Shown: positions 9,273-18,022 of the stretch, piece by piece | Position numbering within the stretch: position 1 is the first letter of the stretch | Layout of the letters: every line of letters starts with the position of its first letter | NCBI GenBank assembly: GCA_048886185.1 | Contig: JBHLKY010000005.1 | Location: forward strand, 170,458-202,457 | Origin: Candidatus Hermodarchaeota archaeon | GTDB lineage: Archaea; Asgardarchaeota; Heimdallarchaeia; Hodarchaeales; Hodarchaeaceae | Direction of reading: 5' to 3' | DNA length: 32,000 nucleotides | Program-made: the position numbers and the translations under genes | Notes under the pieces: model-generated | The model's database searches: none | What the model was told of the DNA's origin: nothing | The model's input: only the letters and a program-made list of their open reading frames with translations

Positions 9273-10439
9273 ATGGTGATTTTTAAAATGGTAAAATGCC
9301 TTAATTGTGGAGAAACAGTAAATGTAAATGATATTTTCTGTTCTAACTGTGGATTTAATCTAATGACTGATTCCATTGTTAAACAAGCTAAAGAAGAGAT
9401 TGAAAAACAAATAGAGTTGGATTTAGATGCAATAACAAAATACCAAAGATTAGAAGAACGAATTGATAATTTAAGAACCATTCCTGAGGAATTGGATCAA
9501 CAAAAAGCTTACATTATTAGTTTAAACCAGTCATTAGAAAATATAAAGAGTAGGTTGAATGCTTTAATAGAACAGCGGGAAAAGGAGTATCGAGATGTCG
9601 AAAAACTCGAAAAAGTAAGCATAACATCATTAAAAGCTAGATTAAAAGGGAATAAAGACCAACAACTAGAAAAAGAAAAGATTGAATATTTAAATGTCCT
9701 TAATAAGGAGGAAGCAGCGAGAAGAGAGTATCAACAGTTAGAAGGTGTTATAGCTCAAACCCAAAAACAGGTGAACGAGCTTATCAATTTAGTTAACACC
9801 AAAAATAATCTAGAAAATGAATTGGTAGAGCTAATTAATCAAGTTTGTCAAGGAGTTCCTGATTCAATTGAAGATGCTATAGAACAGAGATTAGCAACCC
9901 TTGAAGGCCAAATAGGACCGATAACAAATGAAAGATCACAGATTTTTAGAGCAAAAAATCATTTAGAGCATGCAATGACAAACCTAAATTCTGCGCTTGA
10001 AGCTTTGAGAAGTGCATCGGGGTTTTCAACTTGGGATATCCTCGGTGGTGGTCTAATTGCTGATTCACTGAAACACTCAAGAATGTCTGATGCGCGAAAT
10101 CGCGTTCATAATGCTCATAGTAGCATCCAACAGGCTACCCAAATATTTCCAGAGATCCCCTCTTTGAGAGCTGCATATATAGAAGAAATATCTTTTTTTT
10201 GGGATGGTTTTATGGATAACATTTTTTCGGACATAACAGCGCGAGATAAGATCCATAGATCACAAGAGTCTGTCAACCAAGCTTTGAATGATGTTTCTGC
10301 AGCAATTCACTGGCTTAATGACAAGTTAACCGATATTAGCCACCAATTCAATTCATTAAATCAACAAATTGAAAAAACAAAAAAGGAACTATTAGAAGAG
10401 CGAAAAAGAATGATTTCAGAGGCAATCAAGAAGCATTAA
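9273..10439 (+). CDS. Zinc-ribbon plus long coiled-coil protein of unknown function
   Basis: N-terminal CLNCG-x8-FCSNCG, then about 330 aa of E/K/Q/L-rich helices with a Gly-rich hydrophobic insert STWDILGGGLIADSLKHS. Confidence 0.75.
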   Translation: MVIFKMVKCLNCGETVNVNDIFCSNCGFNLMTDSIVKQAKEEIEKQIELDLDAITKYQRLEERIDNLRTIPEELDQQKAYIISLNQSLENIKSRLNALIEQREKEYRDVEKLEKVSITSLKARLKGNKDQQLEKEKIEYLNVLNKEEAARREYQQLEGVIAQTQKQVNELINLVNTKNNLENELVELINQVCQGVPDSIEDAIEQRLATLEGQIGPITNERSQIFRAKNHLEHAMTNLNSALEALRSASGFSTWDILGGGLIADSLKHSRMSDARNRVHNAHSSIQQATQIFPEIPSLRAAYIEEISFFWDGFMDNIFSDITARDKIHRSQESVNQALNDVSAAIHWLNDKLTDISHQFNSLNQQIEKTKKELLEERKRMISEAIKKH

Positions 10440-10468
10440 ATTCAATCGTGATGCTAAATCGGGGGGCA

Positions 10469-11257
10469 TCAGAATATCAACGAAAGACAAGTGAGAGCAC
10501 CCTCACATTTCTGAAATTCACTCATATTCAAAGAAATCACTTCAAAACCAGCATCTTTCACCATACGTTGTGTTTTAGGGAAACCTTCAGACATTAATAC
10601 ACTGTTACTAATTGTAAGAGTATTAGCTGCATAACCTTCATCATCTTGTACAATAAGAACATCGAAATTTTTTAGAATCGGAAGATTTGCATAAGATTTC
10701 GTTGTAATTATGGAATTATTTCCAAGAAAAGTAACATAGCTCTTCAAGTGAACAATTCTTTGATCAACAATTTTGTCAACAGAAACCTCGAGCCAATCTT
10801 TCATCTGATTAATACCATGAATATTCGTTCGCCGAGTTATTCCACTGATTAATCGATCTGGGAGATGAATAATATCACCACCTTCTATTGTTGCGGGGAA
10901 TACTGCTCTCCGTGTTTTCATATACTCCTGTAACACGTTTTCAACAGCATTTTCCTCCCCACGACGACTTTCAGCTCCCATACGTGTAATTAATGCTTTT
11001 CTATTATGAATAACTACATTATCTTCTACAAAACACGAATCAGGGTATGTTTCGTCTCGAGGCAGACGAATTATCTCTAAACCTAAGGTTTCTAAAGTTT
11101 GACAATAATTAGTGTGTTGTTCAATTGCTTTAGAATAGTTTAATTCAGGCTTTTGTGGATGAGAAGAAATACACTGAGGGAAGCTAAATCCTGGTTCTCT
11201 TACAAGAGCGTGTTTAAAGTTCATAAAATAACTCTTCTTACTCCTATGATTTGACAA
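10469..11257 (-). CDS. Dimethylarginine dimethylaminohydrolase (amidinotransferase superfamily)
   Basis: YPDSCFVED, SRRGE, IEGGD, HLKS, EFQKCEGALTCLS give the Asp/His/Cys catalytic set. Likely start ATG 11224 (MNFKHALVR). Confidence 0.92.
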   Translation of the reverse strand: MSNHRSKKSYFMNFKHALVREPGFSFPQCISSHPQKPELNYSKAIEQHTNYCQTLETLGLEIIRLPRDETYPDSCFVEDNVVIHNRKALITRMGAESRRGEENAVENVLQEYMKTRRAVFPATIEGGDIIHLPDRLISGITRRTNIHGINQMKDWLEVSVDKIVDQRIVHLKSYVTFLGNNSIITTKSYANLPILKNFDVLIVQDDEGYAANTLTISNSVLMSEGFPKTQRMVKDAGFEVISLNMSEFQKCEGALTCLSLIF

Positions 11258-11286
11258 CAGAATATTTTCATTTATTTTTGCATTAA

Positions 11287-12147
11287 TTACTGCAAATACT
11301 CAAGGAGGCCAGCCACACCTGACGATGCATAAACCAATAATTGGAATGTTTTGTAAGCTTCAATGATATTATCAACAGTATATTCAATGGTTAATGCATC
11401 AGTTCTGGTAGCAATTGGTAGTAATTCGGCGATATCAGCAAAATGACTTAGTAGAAATGTAATCTTAGTCTTTACAGGTTGCTTAGTTCGAATGGGTATT
11501 GCCTTTTTCGCATTAAAAGTTGATAAAGCTTTGATAACTGCTGTTCTTAATGCTGCTTCAATTTTACTCATACTAGGACTCTTTGCTGAAAGTCTACTCA
11601 AGGATTTCTTTAAGATAACAGTTTCAGCCCAGGGAGTATATTGTTTTACATCATCATCCAAAAGCTGAGCTTCTCCTGCAACCAAAATAGTAGGTACATT
11701 GTAGAATCCTGCTGCATACGCATTTAAGAGAAACTCACTTACTGGTACGTCATTAATTTCAAGTTTATTGATGCTTCTCCCAGAATAAGTGTGATCCCAA
11801 GTAGATTTTATTGTCCCAAATTTGGCATGATACCCAAGAAATAATGCCACATCACATTCTTCTACACCTGAAACCATACTAACAGGACGAGGAATACCTC
11901 GGATAATCTCCACATACTCAGGTAGTTCATCAATTTTCACATTCACCATGGGACCATGGCTATCTGCAATGAGAACTTCTTCAAAACCATTTTTATTAAG
12001 TTCGTCTGCTACAATAAGAGTGATTTTTGTAGCGATTTTTCTAGCCTCAGAATATAATGTCCCTTTTAAATTTAAATGTCCTGGAATAACAACATACGGT
12101 AATCCTTCTAAATCGATCGAGATAAATGCTTTCATACGATACACCAT
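11287..12147 (-). CDS. dppA: D-aminopeptidase, peptidase M55 (DppA) family
   Basis: FISIDLEG, ADSHG, FLGYHA, DHTYS and SEFLLNA are the M55 di-zinc motifs. Likely start ATG 12135 (MKAFISID). Confidence 0.92.
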   Translation of the reverse strand: MVYRMKAFISIDLEGLPYVVIPGHLNLKGTLYSEARKIATKITLIVADELNKNGFEEVLIADSHGPMVNVKIDELPEYVEIIRGIPRPVSMVSGVEECDVALFLGYHAKFGTIKSTWDHTYSGRSINKLEINDVPVSEFLLNAYAAGFYNVPTILVAGEAQLLDDDVKQYTPWAETVILKKSLSRLSAKSPSMSKIEAALRTAVIKALSTFNAKKAIPIRTKQPVKTKITFLLSHFADIAELLPIATRTDALTIEYTVDNIIEAYKTFQLLVYASSGVAGLLEYLQ

Positions 12148-12370
12148 AAAAGATGTGTTAAGGTTGGTTGAAGAATGAAATGAATTAAAGACTTTAACTA
12201 TAAAAAAATTAACGATTTTATAATTAGTACAAATTACATTTTAAAATTATGATTACATTAAAATTTCAGCTTTATTGATATATATCTAAAAAAGCACATT
12301 TACCTCATGAAGATTCTTATTTTTATATTTGAAATAACAGATATCTAAAATCTTTTAAGATATAAAACAT

Positions 12371-12799
12371 GTGTCTATGAGGGTACTCATGGTACAATCA
12401 AAAAAGAAGCTTGAGGTGATAGCCGATCAACTCAACCTTACCCTATCTGATCTCGAAATAATATCTCAGTCAAAAAAGAAAAAGAGAATACAATACATAA
12501 CAGTTGCTATTTTTGAATCAATTCTTGGAGTATTATCTTTCATCATTGGTTACATGAGCATACCTCCTGAAAGCGAAGTTATAGGATATCCATTTTTTAC
12601 TTCTTTAATCATGGGAGGTAATTTCTCCATAAACACACAAATAAAAAAAAAGATACCATTAATTCTGGTTGGTTTTATCTCATTATTTATTTTGCTAATT
12701 GGTCTATATAGTGGACGTATCTTTGGAATAGCGATGAAAACTACGATTATTAACCAGTATGGCTCTTACAGATATGGAGTTTATAGTAACAAAATCTAA
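12371..12799 (+). CDS. Hypothetical membrane protein
   Basis: 142-aa ORF with 2-3 hydrophobic segments. No family recognised. Confidence 0.45.
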   Translation: MSMRVLMVQSKKKLEVIADQLNLTLSDLEIISQSKKKKRIQYITVAIFESILGVLSFIIGYMSIPPESEVIGYPFFTSLIMGGNFSINTQIKKKIPLILVGFISLFILLIGLYSGRIFGIAMKTTIINQYGSYRYGVYSNKI

Positions 12800-12898
12800 G
12801 GTTCTTAATAATAAATCGTTATCTCATCCCCTCTCTATTAAAATGATTAGCATATAAATAGATCTTTTAAACGATTATCCAGTCAGAGGATATACATT

Positions 12899-13888
12899 TT
12901 GACGATTAAGGAGAAAAAAAGCAATAAGACAGCAATGATCATAAGAAAAGAAGTTCTGGAAGCGGAAAAGCGAATCAGAGCCTATATTAGGGAAACACCC
13001 ATTGAATTCTCCCCTTTTTTAAGCAAAATGGGGAATTGTGAGGTTTTCCTTAAATTGGAAAATATTCAGTTAACAGGGAGTTTCAAGATTAGAGGAGCAA
13101 TGAACAAAATTCTTTCTCTTCCCCAAAAAACTGAAGTTGTTACGGCCTCATCGGGGAATCACGGATTAGCAGTTGCCTATGCACTTCAAAAACTTAATGG
13201 AACTGGCACTATTTTTCTCCCAACCAATACAGCTCAAGTAAAAATAGATAGATTACGTGATTATGACATCCCACTAGAGTTTTTTGGTACGGATTGCGTT
13301 GAAGCGGAAATATTGGCTAGAAACATTGCTACTAGGGAAAATAAAGTCTTTATTTCACCATACAATGATCTGAAGATTATTGGGGGACAAGGCACCATCG
13401 CATTAGAGCTTACCCGACAGCTGGCAAAGATCGACGTTGTTCTTGTCACCGTTGGAGGTGGAGGTTTAATCTCTGGCATAGGTGGTTATCTGAGAAAATC
13501 TAATCCAATGATTGAGATTATTGGTTGTCTTCCATTGAATTCTCCAGTGATGTACGAATCTGTTAAAGCTGGTCGGATTGTTGAGATGGAAAGTAAACCG
13601 ACTTTGAGTGATGGTTCAGCAGGAGGGATCGAACCAAATTCAATGACTTTTGAACTGTGCCAACGTTATGTGGACCATTATATTCTTGTAACTGAAGATG
13701 AAATTGCAGATGCTATCCTATTTATGATTGAGAATCACCACATGATCGTCGAAGGAGCTGCAGGAGTTACAATTGCTGCTTTTTTGAAAGAAAAGAATCG
13801 ATTCAAAGGGAAAAATGTTATTCTAATCATTTGCGGAGGGAATATCAGTATAAGTCAATTAAAAGAGTTAATCTGTGAAACAATCTAA
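12899..13888 (+). CDS. PLP-dependent serine/threonine dehydratase (short form, no regulatory domain)
   Basis: LKLENIQLTGSFKIRGA (PLP lysine), TASSGNHG, GQGT, VGGGGLISG, VEGAAG, IICGGNI. Start may be ATG 12935. Confidence 0.93.
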   Translation: MTIKEKKSNKTAMIIRKEVLEAEKRIRAYIRETPIEFSPFLSKMGNCEVFLKLENIQLTGSFKIRGAMNKILSLPQKTEVVTASSGNHGLAVAYALQKLNGTGTIFLPTNTAQVKIDRLRDYDIPLEFFGTDCVEAEILARNIATRENKVFISPYNDLKIIGGQGTIALELTRQLAKIDVVLVTVGGGGLISGIGGYLRKSNPMIEIIGCLPLNSPVMYESVKAGRIVEMESKPTLSDGSAGGIEPNSMTFELCQRYVDHYILVTEDEIADAILFMIENHHMIVEGAAGVTIAAFLKEKNRFKGKNVILIICGGNISISQLKELICETI

Positions 13889-13948
13889 CCTTTAGCTTTC
13901 ATGATTTTGCTTTTTACGATAGTTTTAGCCTAGAAATCACTATAGTTA

Positions 13949-13991
13949 TAATGAATAATTATGCAAAACATTTATGAATAAATATTCATAA
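13949..13991. promoter_or_regulatory. Tandem palindromic operator-like sites upstream of the NifX/ATPase operon
   Basis: 13972-13991 TTATGAAT-AAAT-ATTCATAA has perfect arms. A degenerate copy TAATGAAT-AATT-ATGCAAAA lies at 13949-13968. Confidence 0.65.
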
Positions 13992-14061
13992 TTCTTAATC
14001 AAATTTCTCTAGCCTTACAGAAGAAAGGAAAACTCTTCTAAAGCTGAAAGATGTGAGGTAA

Positions 14062-14481
14062 TTGAAGATTGGTTTAGCTTCAACTGGAACTACTCTAGAT
14101 CTTTTATTTGCCAATGTATTTGGACGATGCTCTTTTTTTGTAATAGTTGACTCTGAAAACAAAGAAGTGTTAACTGTTTTTCCAAATAAGGCACGAAATG
14201 CTGCTGGTGGTGCAGGAATTCAGGCAGCTCAATCATTGATTGATCAAAAAATTGATGCAATAATAGCTCCTCGATTGGGTCCAAATGCTTGGAGTGTATT
14301 AAAGGGTGCTGGTGTAAAAATATACACAGGAATAAATGGTACTCTTCAGGAAAATATTGAAGCTTTTCTTGGAGGAAAATTAACTGAGATGACAGGTGCC
14401 TCACGATCAGGCATGGGACGTGGCCGGGGAGGACGTATGGGTCGTGGTGGAGGCCAAGGTTTGGAGGAGGATCAGGATTAA
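14062..14481 (+). CDS. NifB/NifX-family (dinitrogenase FeMo-cofactor-binding domain) protein with Gly/Arg-rich tail
   Basis: VFGRCSFFVIVD, GGAGIQAAQ, IIAPRLGPNAWSVLKGAGVKIY, tail GMGRGRGGRMGRGGG. TTG start preceded by GTGAGGT. Confidence 0.9.
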   Translation: MKIGLASTGTTLDLLFANVFGRCSFFVIVDSENKEVLTVFPNKARNAAGGAGIQAAQSLIDQKIDAIIAPRLGPNAWSVLKGAGVKIYTGINGTLQENIEAFLGGKLTEMTGASRSGMGRGRGGRMGRGGGQGLEEDQD

Positions 14482-14527
14482 AACCAAAAAGTTGCAATAA
14501 TAAGGACACCATTTGAGGTAAAATAAA

Positions 14528-14929
14528 ATGCGATTATGTATCCCTTCTGAAACAAGAGACGGACTTGAATCACAAGTAGGGTATCATTTTGGGCGAGTAC
14601 CATCATATACTATCTACGATGATGAAACAAAAAGGATTGAAATTGTTGAGAATACTTCATCTCATATGGGTGGAATAAAATTACCTGCAGAACTTTTACG
14701 TGATTATAATGTTGATGTTATGCTTTGTGGTGGTTTAGGTCGCCGGGCAATCCAATTATTCGAACAATTCGGTATAGAGGTCTATATAGGTGCCCATGGA
14801 ACCGTTGAGGACGCAATTAAACAGTATAATCGAAATAAATTGCGAATGGCAACCGATAAAGATGCCTGTGAAGAACATAAATATCGTGGGGAAACACATG
14901 GCGAAAACCATGAGCATCATCATCATTAG
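14528..14929 (+). CDS. NifB/NifX-family protein with His-rich tail
   Basis: HFGRVPSYTIYD, VMLCGGLGRRAIQLFEQFGIEVY, tail CEEHKYRGETHGENHEHHHH. Confidence 0.9.
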   Translation: MRLCIPSETRDGLESQVGYHFGRVPSYTIYDDETKRIEIVENTSSHMGGIKLPAELLRDYNVDVMLCGGLGRRAIQLFEQFGIEVYIGAHGTVEDAIKQYNRNKLRMATDKDACEEHKYRGETHGENHEHHHH

Positions 14930-14941
14930 GAGGCGCACTAT

Positions 14942-15796
14942 ACGATTATTAGTGTGGCTAGTGGTAAAGGTGGAACTGGAAAAACTACAATTGCTGTAAA
15001 TTTAGCCCTTTATCTGGCAAAATCGCATAAAGTAGCATTATTTGATGTAGATGTTGAAGAGCCAGATGATAATCAATTTCTGCATTTTAAGTTACTCACA
15101 CATAAGAGAGTTAATATTTCGAGACCACTAATTAATGAATCAATCTGTTCACATTGCGGTCTTTGTGCTGAATTATGCGAATTTAATGCGTTAGCAGTTT
15201 TACCAGCTCAAGTCATGGTATTCGAGGAATTATGTCATGGTTGTGGACTATGTTCAATGGCTTGTCCAGAGAAAGCTGTAGAAGAAAAATCTCATGAATT
15301 GGGAATTATTCGAAAATCTGACAATAGGAATAGTAATTTGGTATTTTTTGAAGGAAGGTTAAATATTGGGGAGGCCCTTGCAAAACCAATTATACGTGAA
15401 CTTAAAAAGATGGCATTTGAAGAAAAATACGAGCATATCATCTTGGATTTACCACCCGGGTCTGCTTGTCCTGTTATTGAAGCCTTATCTGAGACTGATT
15501 TTGCCGTCCTAGTAACAGAACCAACTCCTGCTGGCGAACATGACCTCAGAATTGCTATAGATCTTGTAAGGCAGCTTGATATCCCTTTTGGAATTGTGAA
15601 CAATCGTTCTGATGTGGGTGATGATCGTATTGATCGTCTCGTCATTAATGAAGATTATGAGTTGCTATTGAATATCCCTCATGATAACGAAATTCTTCAA
15701 CTTTACTCAAATGGTCATCCTCTTATCGGAAAGAAATGGGAATTCGATTCAACTTTTTCGCATCTGTGGACTCGAATTGGGGAGGTAATGAAATGA
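14942..15796 (+). CDS. MinD-superfamily P-loop ATPase with inserted 2x[4Fe-4S] ferredoxin domain (COG1149-like), copy 1
   Basis: SGKGGTGKTT, DVDVEEP, CSHCGLCAELC, CHGCGLCSMACP, DLPPGSACP. The frame is open upstream of GTG 14954, so the proposed start is ACG 14942 (see findings). Confidence 0.9.
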   Translation, partial: TIISVASGKGGTGKTTIAVNLALYLAKSHKVALFDVDVEEPDDNQFLHFKLLTHKRVNISRPLINESICSHCGLCAELCEFNALAVLPAQVMVFEELCHGCGLCSMACPEKAVEEKSHELGIIRKSDNRNSNLVFFEGRLNIGEALAKPIIRELKKMAFEEKYEHIILDLPPGSACPVIEALSETDFAVLVTEPTPAGEHDLRIAIDLVRQLDIPFGIVNNRSDVGDDRIDRLVINEDYELLLNIPHDNEILQLYSNGHPLIGKKWEFDSTFSHLWTRIGEVMK

Positions 15797-16692
15797 CTGA
15801 AAAAATTAAAAATCAAATAACTGTCCTTTCAGGTAAAGGAGGAACTGGAAAAACTACAATCACTGCAGTCCTTGCTCAATTATCAGCGTCTATTTCCTTG
15901 CTTGCAGATTGTGATGTTGATGCACCCAATTTACATCTACTCTTGAATCCTATTAATACCTCTGAAGAACGATTTATGAGTGGTAAAACAGCTATCATAG
16001 ATCCTAAAAAATGCGTTAAATGCGCAAAATGTCTAGATGTATGTCGCTATGGTGCAGTAACATCTGATTTTGATATTAAATCCATGAGTTGTGAAGGTTG
16101 TGCTGCTTGTGCTTGGGTTTGCCCTTCTAAGGCAATTATGATGGAGATTCGACCTTCTGGTATAGTTTATGAAGCTAAGACAAGATTTGGACCAATGGTC
16201 CATGCACGGTTAGATACTGGAGCCGAAAATTCTGGGAAATTAGTTAGCGAAGTTATTCAAAAGAGTCATTTCAAGGCAAAAGAGCATCACAAAGATCTAA
16301 TTATTGTTGATGGCAGTCCAGGGATAGGTTGCCCAGTAATAGCTGCTTTAACTAATGCAAAATTAGTAATCATAGTTGTTGAGCCTACTTCGACCGCAAT
16401 TCATGATATGAAAAGAATATTAGAACTCGTTTACTTTTTTAATCTACCTCCAGTAATTATCATTAATAAGGCCTCCATAAATGATGAAAAACGTCGAAAT
16501 ATTATTGAATTTTGCAAAGAAAGGCATATTTCTATTTTAGGGGAGATTCCATATAATTTAGAAATTTATAAGGCAATGATTAATAGAAAAACTGTTTTAG
16601 AGTATGGTATTAAAGATCTAGAGGATCCATTGAATAAAATGTGGAAAAAAATTCAAGATTTGCTACAATTAAACAGTGGGTGTTCTAAATAA
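15793..16692 (+). CDS. MinD-superfamily P-loop ATPase with inserted 2x[4Fe-4S] ferredoxin domain (COG1149-like), copy 2
   Basis: SGKGGTGKTT, DCDVDAPN, CVKCAKCLDVC, CEGCAACAWVCP, ENSGKLV, DGSPGIGCP. ATG 15793 overlaps the upstream TGA (ATGA) and follows GGAGGT. Confidence 0.92.
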   Translation: MTEKIKNQITVLSGKGGTGKTTITAVLAQLSASISLLADCDVDAPNLHLLLNPINTSEERFMSGKTAIIDPKKCVKCAKCLDVCRYGAVTSDFDIKSMSCEGCAACAWVCPSKAIMMEIRPSGIVYEAKTRFGPMVHARLDTGAENSGKLVSEVIQKSHFKAKEHHKDLIIVDGSPGIGCPVIAALTNAKLVIIVVEPTSTAIHDMKRILELVYFFNLPPVIIINKASINDEKRRNIIEFCKERHISILGEIPYNLEIYKAMINRKTVLEYGIKDLEDPLNKMWKKIQDLLQLNSGCSK

Positions 16693-17936
16693 TAAAGCAG
16701 GATAGAAAGGTTCTATTAGCTGAAGGAGAAAAGGTCGCATTTATAACTTTGTTATGCAACATTTTCTTGATTATTTTTAAAATTACGACAGGAGTATTCA
16801 TCAGAAGTATCGCCTTATTTGCTTCTGGTTTGGATGCTCTAATGGACTTAATAGCAACTTTAGCTGTTTTGTTTGGCCTTCATTATTCTCAAAAGGAACC
16901 CTCAGATCGATTTCCTTACGGATATTACCGAATGGAAACATTAGCTACTCTAATTGTTGCTATTTTCATTCTTTTATTTGGTCTAAGTGTTCTTATTGAA
17001 AGTATTGGTATTATTATTACTCCTAGTATGTTAATTCAACCTGTGTTTGGATTACTGATTTCCATTTTATCTGCTTTAGTAGCATTTGCCCTATATCGTT
17101 ATAATTTGAAAATTGGTACTAAAATAGCCTCAAATGCTCTGATTGGAACAGCAAAAGAATTTCAGCTTGATATTTTCACCAATTCTTTTGTTTTTTTGGG
17201 AATTTTAGCCTATCTTGTAGGATTTCCTCAATTGGAAGGATTTGTTGGTTTAATGATTAGTTTTCTTATTATCAAAACAGGACTAGAATTTGGAAGAACC
17301 TCCCTTTTAATCCTACTAGATGCTATTGATGACCCTGATATAATTGAACAAATCCGATCAATTGTAACACAATTTCCCCAGGTTCAAAAAGTGTCAAATA
17401 TTAGGATTAGACGCTCTGGACCATATTATTTCGCTGACATTGAAATACAAATGCTAGCAACAAAGACAGTAAAATCTCTTACGCATACAACTCACCAATT
17501 AGAATCATCACTAAAGGAAAAATTGTCTCAGTTAGATAGTATCATGATAAGCGTTGAACCCATTGAAAAAACTAAATTCAAAGTTGCGATAGCTGTTTCC
17601 TCTCTTGATACCAACATAAAAAACATTCCTACTGAACATTTTGGACTAGCATCAGCCTTTCTACTTGCTGACATTGATATTAGCAGTCAAACTATTAATA
17701 CAAGTCAATTAGTGGAAAATCCTCATAAGAAGGCTGAAAGAAAACGGGGAATTTTGGGAGCTAAATTTCTAGTGAATAAGGGAATCGATGTACTTGTGAT
17801 AAAGGATATTGGTACTTTTGGCGTCGGGCCAAAAGCTATTCTCACAGAGAATAATATTTTATTATATCAGGTTTGGGGCGAAACAATTCAAGAAATTCTG
17901 GAAGGTTTCCTAATTTATCATTCAGAAGCTAAATGA
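16689..17936 (+). CDS. Cation diffusion facilitator transporter fused to a C-terminal NifB/NifX domain
   Basis: SIALFASGLDALMD, FPYGYYRMETLA, CDF cytosolic domain (IRIRRSGPYYFADIEI), then EHFGLASAFLLAD...GAKFLVNKGIDVLV. The frame is open from 16689; the ORF track begins at TTG 16749 inside TM1. Confidence 0.88.
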   Translation: MIKQDRKVLLAEGEKVAFITLLCNIFLIIFKITTGVFIRSIALFASGLDALMDLIATLAVLFGLHYSQKEPSDRFPYGYYRMETLATLIVAIFILLFGLSVLIESIGIIITPSMLIQPVFGLLISILSALVAFALYRYNLKIGTKIASNALIGTAKEFQLDIFTNSFVFLGILAYLVGFPQLEGFVGLMISFLIIKTGLEFGRTSLLILLDAIDDPDIIEQIRSIVTQFPQVQKVSNIRIRRSGPYYFADIEIQMLATKTVKSLTHTTHQLESSLKEKLSQLDSIMISVEPIEKTKFKVAIAVSSLDTNIKNIPTEHFGLASAFLLADIDISSQTINTSQLVENPHKKAERKRGILGAKFLVNKGIDVLVIKDIGTFGVGPKAILTENNILLYQVWGETIQEILEGFLIYHSEAK

Positions 17937-18022
17937 TTATATACAATTATCCTTGAAATTGCGTGAAATGATGAAATAATCCGACTTAAATATAAGTTAG
18001 AAAAGCGATGAAGGAAAATTAA

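Noticed and set aside
12230-12266. Imperfect direct repeat ATTACATT(TT)AAAATT in the dppA divergent region
   Set aside because: Two low-complexity copies only, not seen elsewhere.
14062-17936. Nitrogen fixation suggested by NifB/NifX domains and NifH-like ATPases
   Set aside because: No nifH/D/K/E/N or radical-SAM nifB in the window, and these domains are common in non-diazotrophs.
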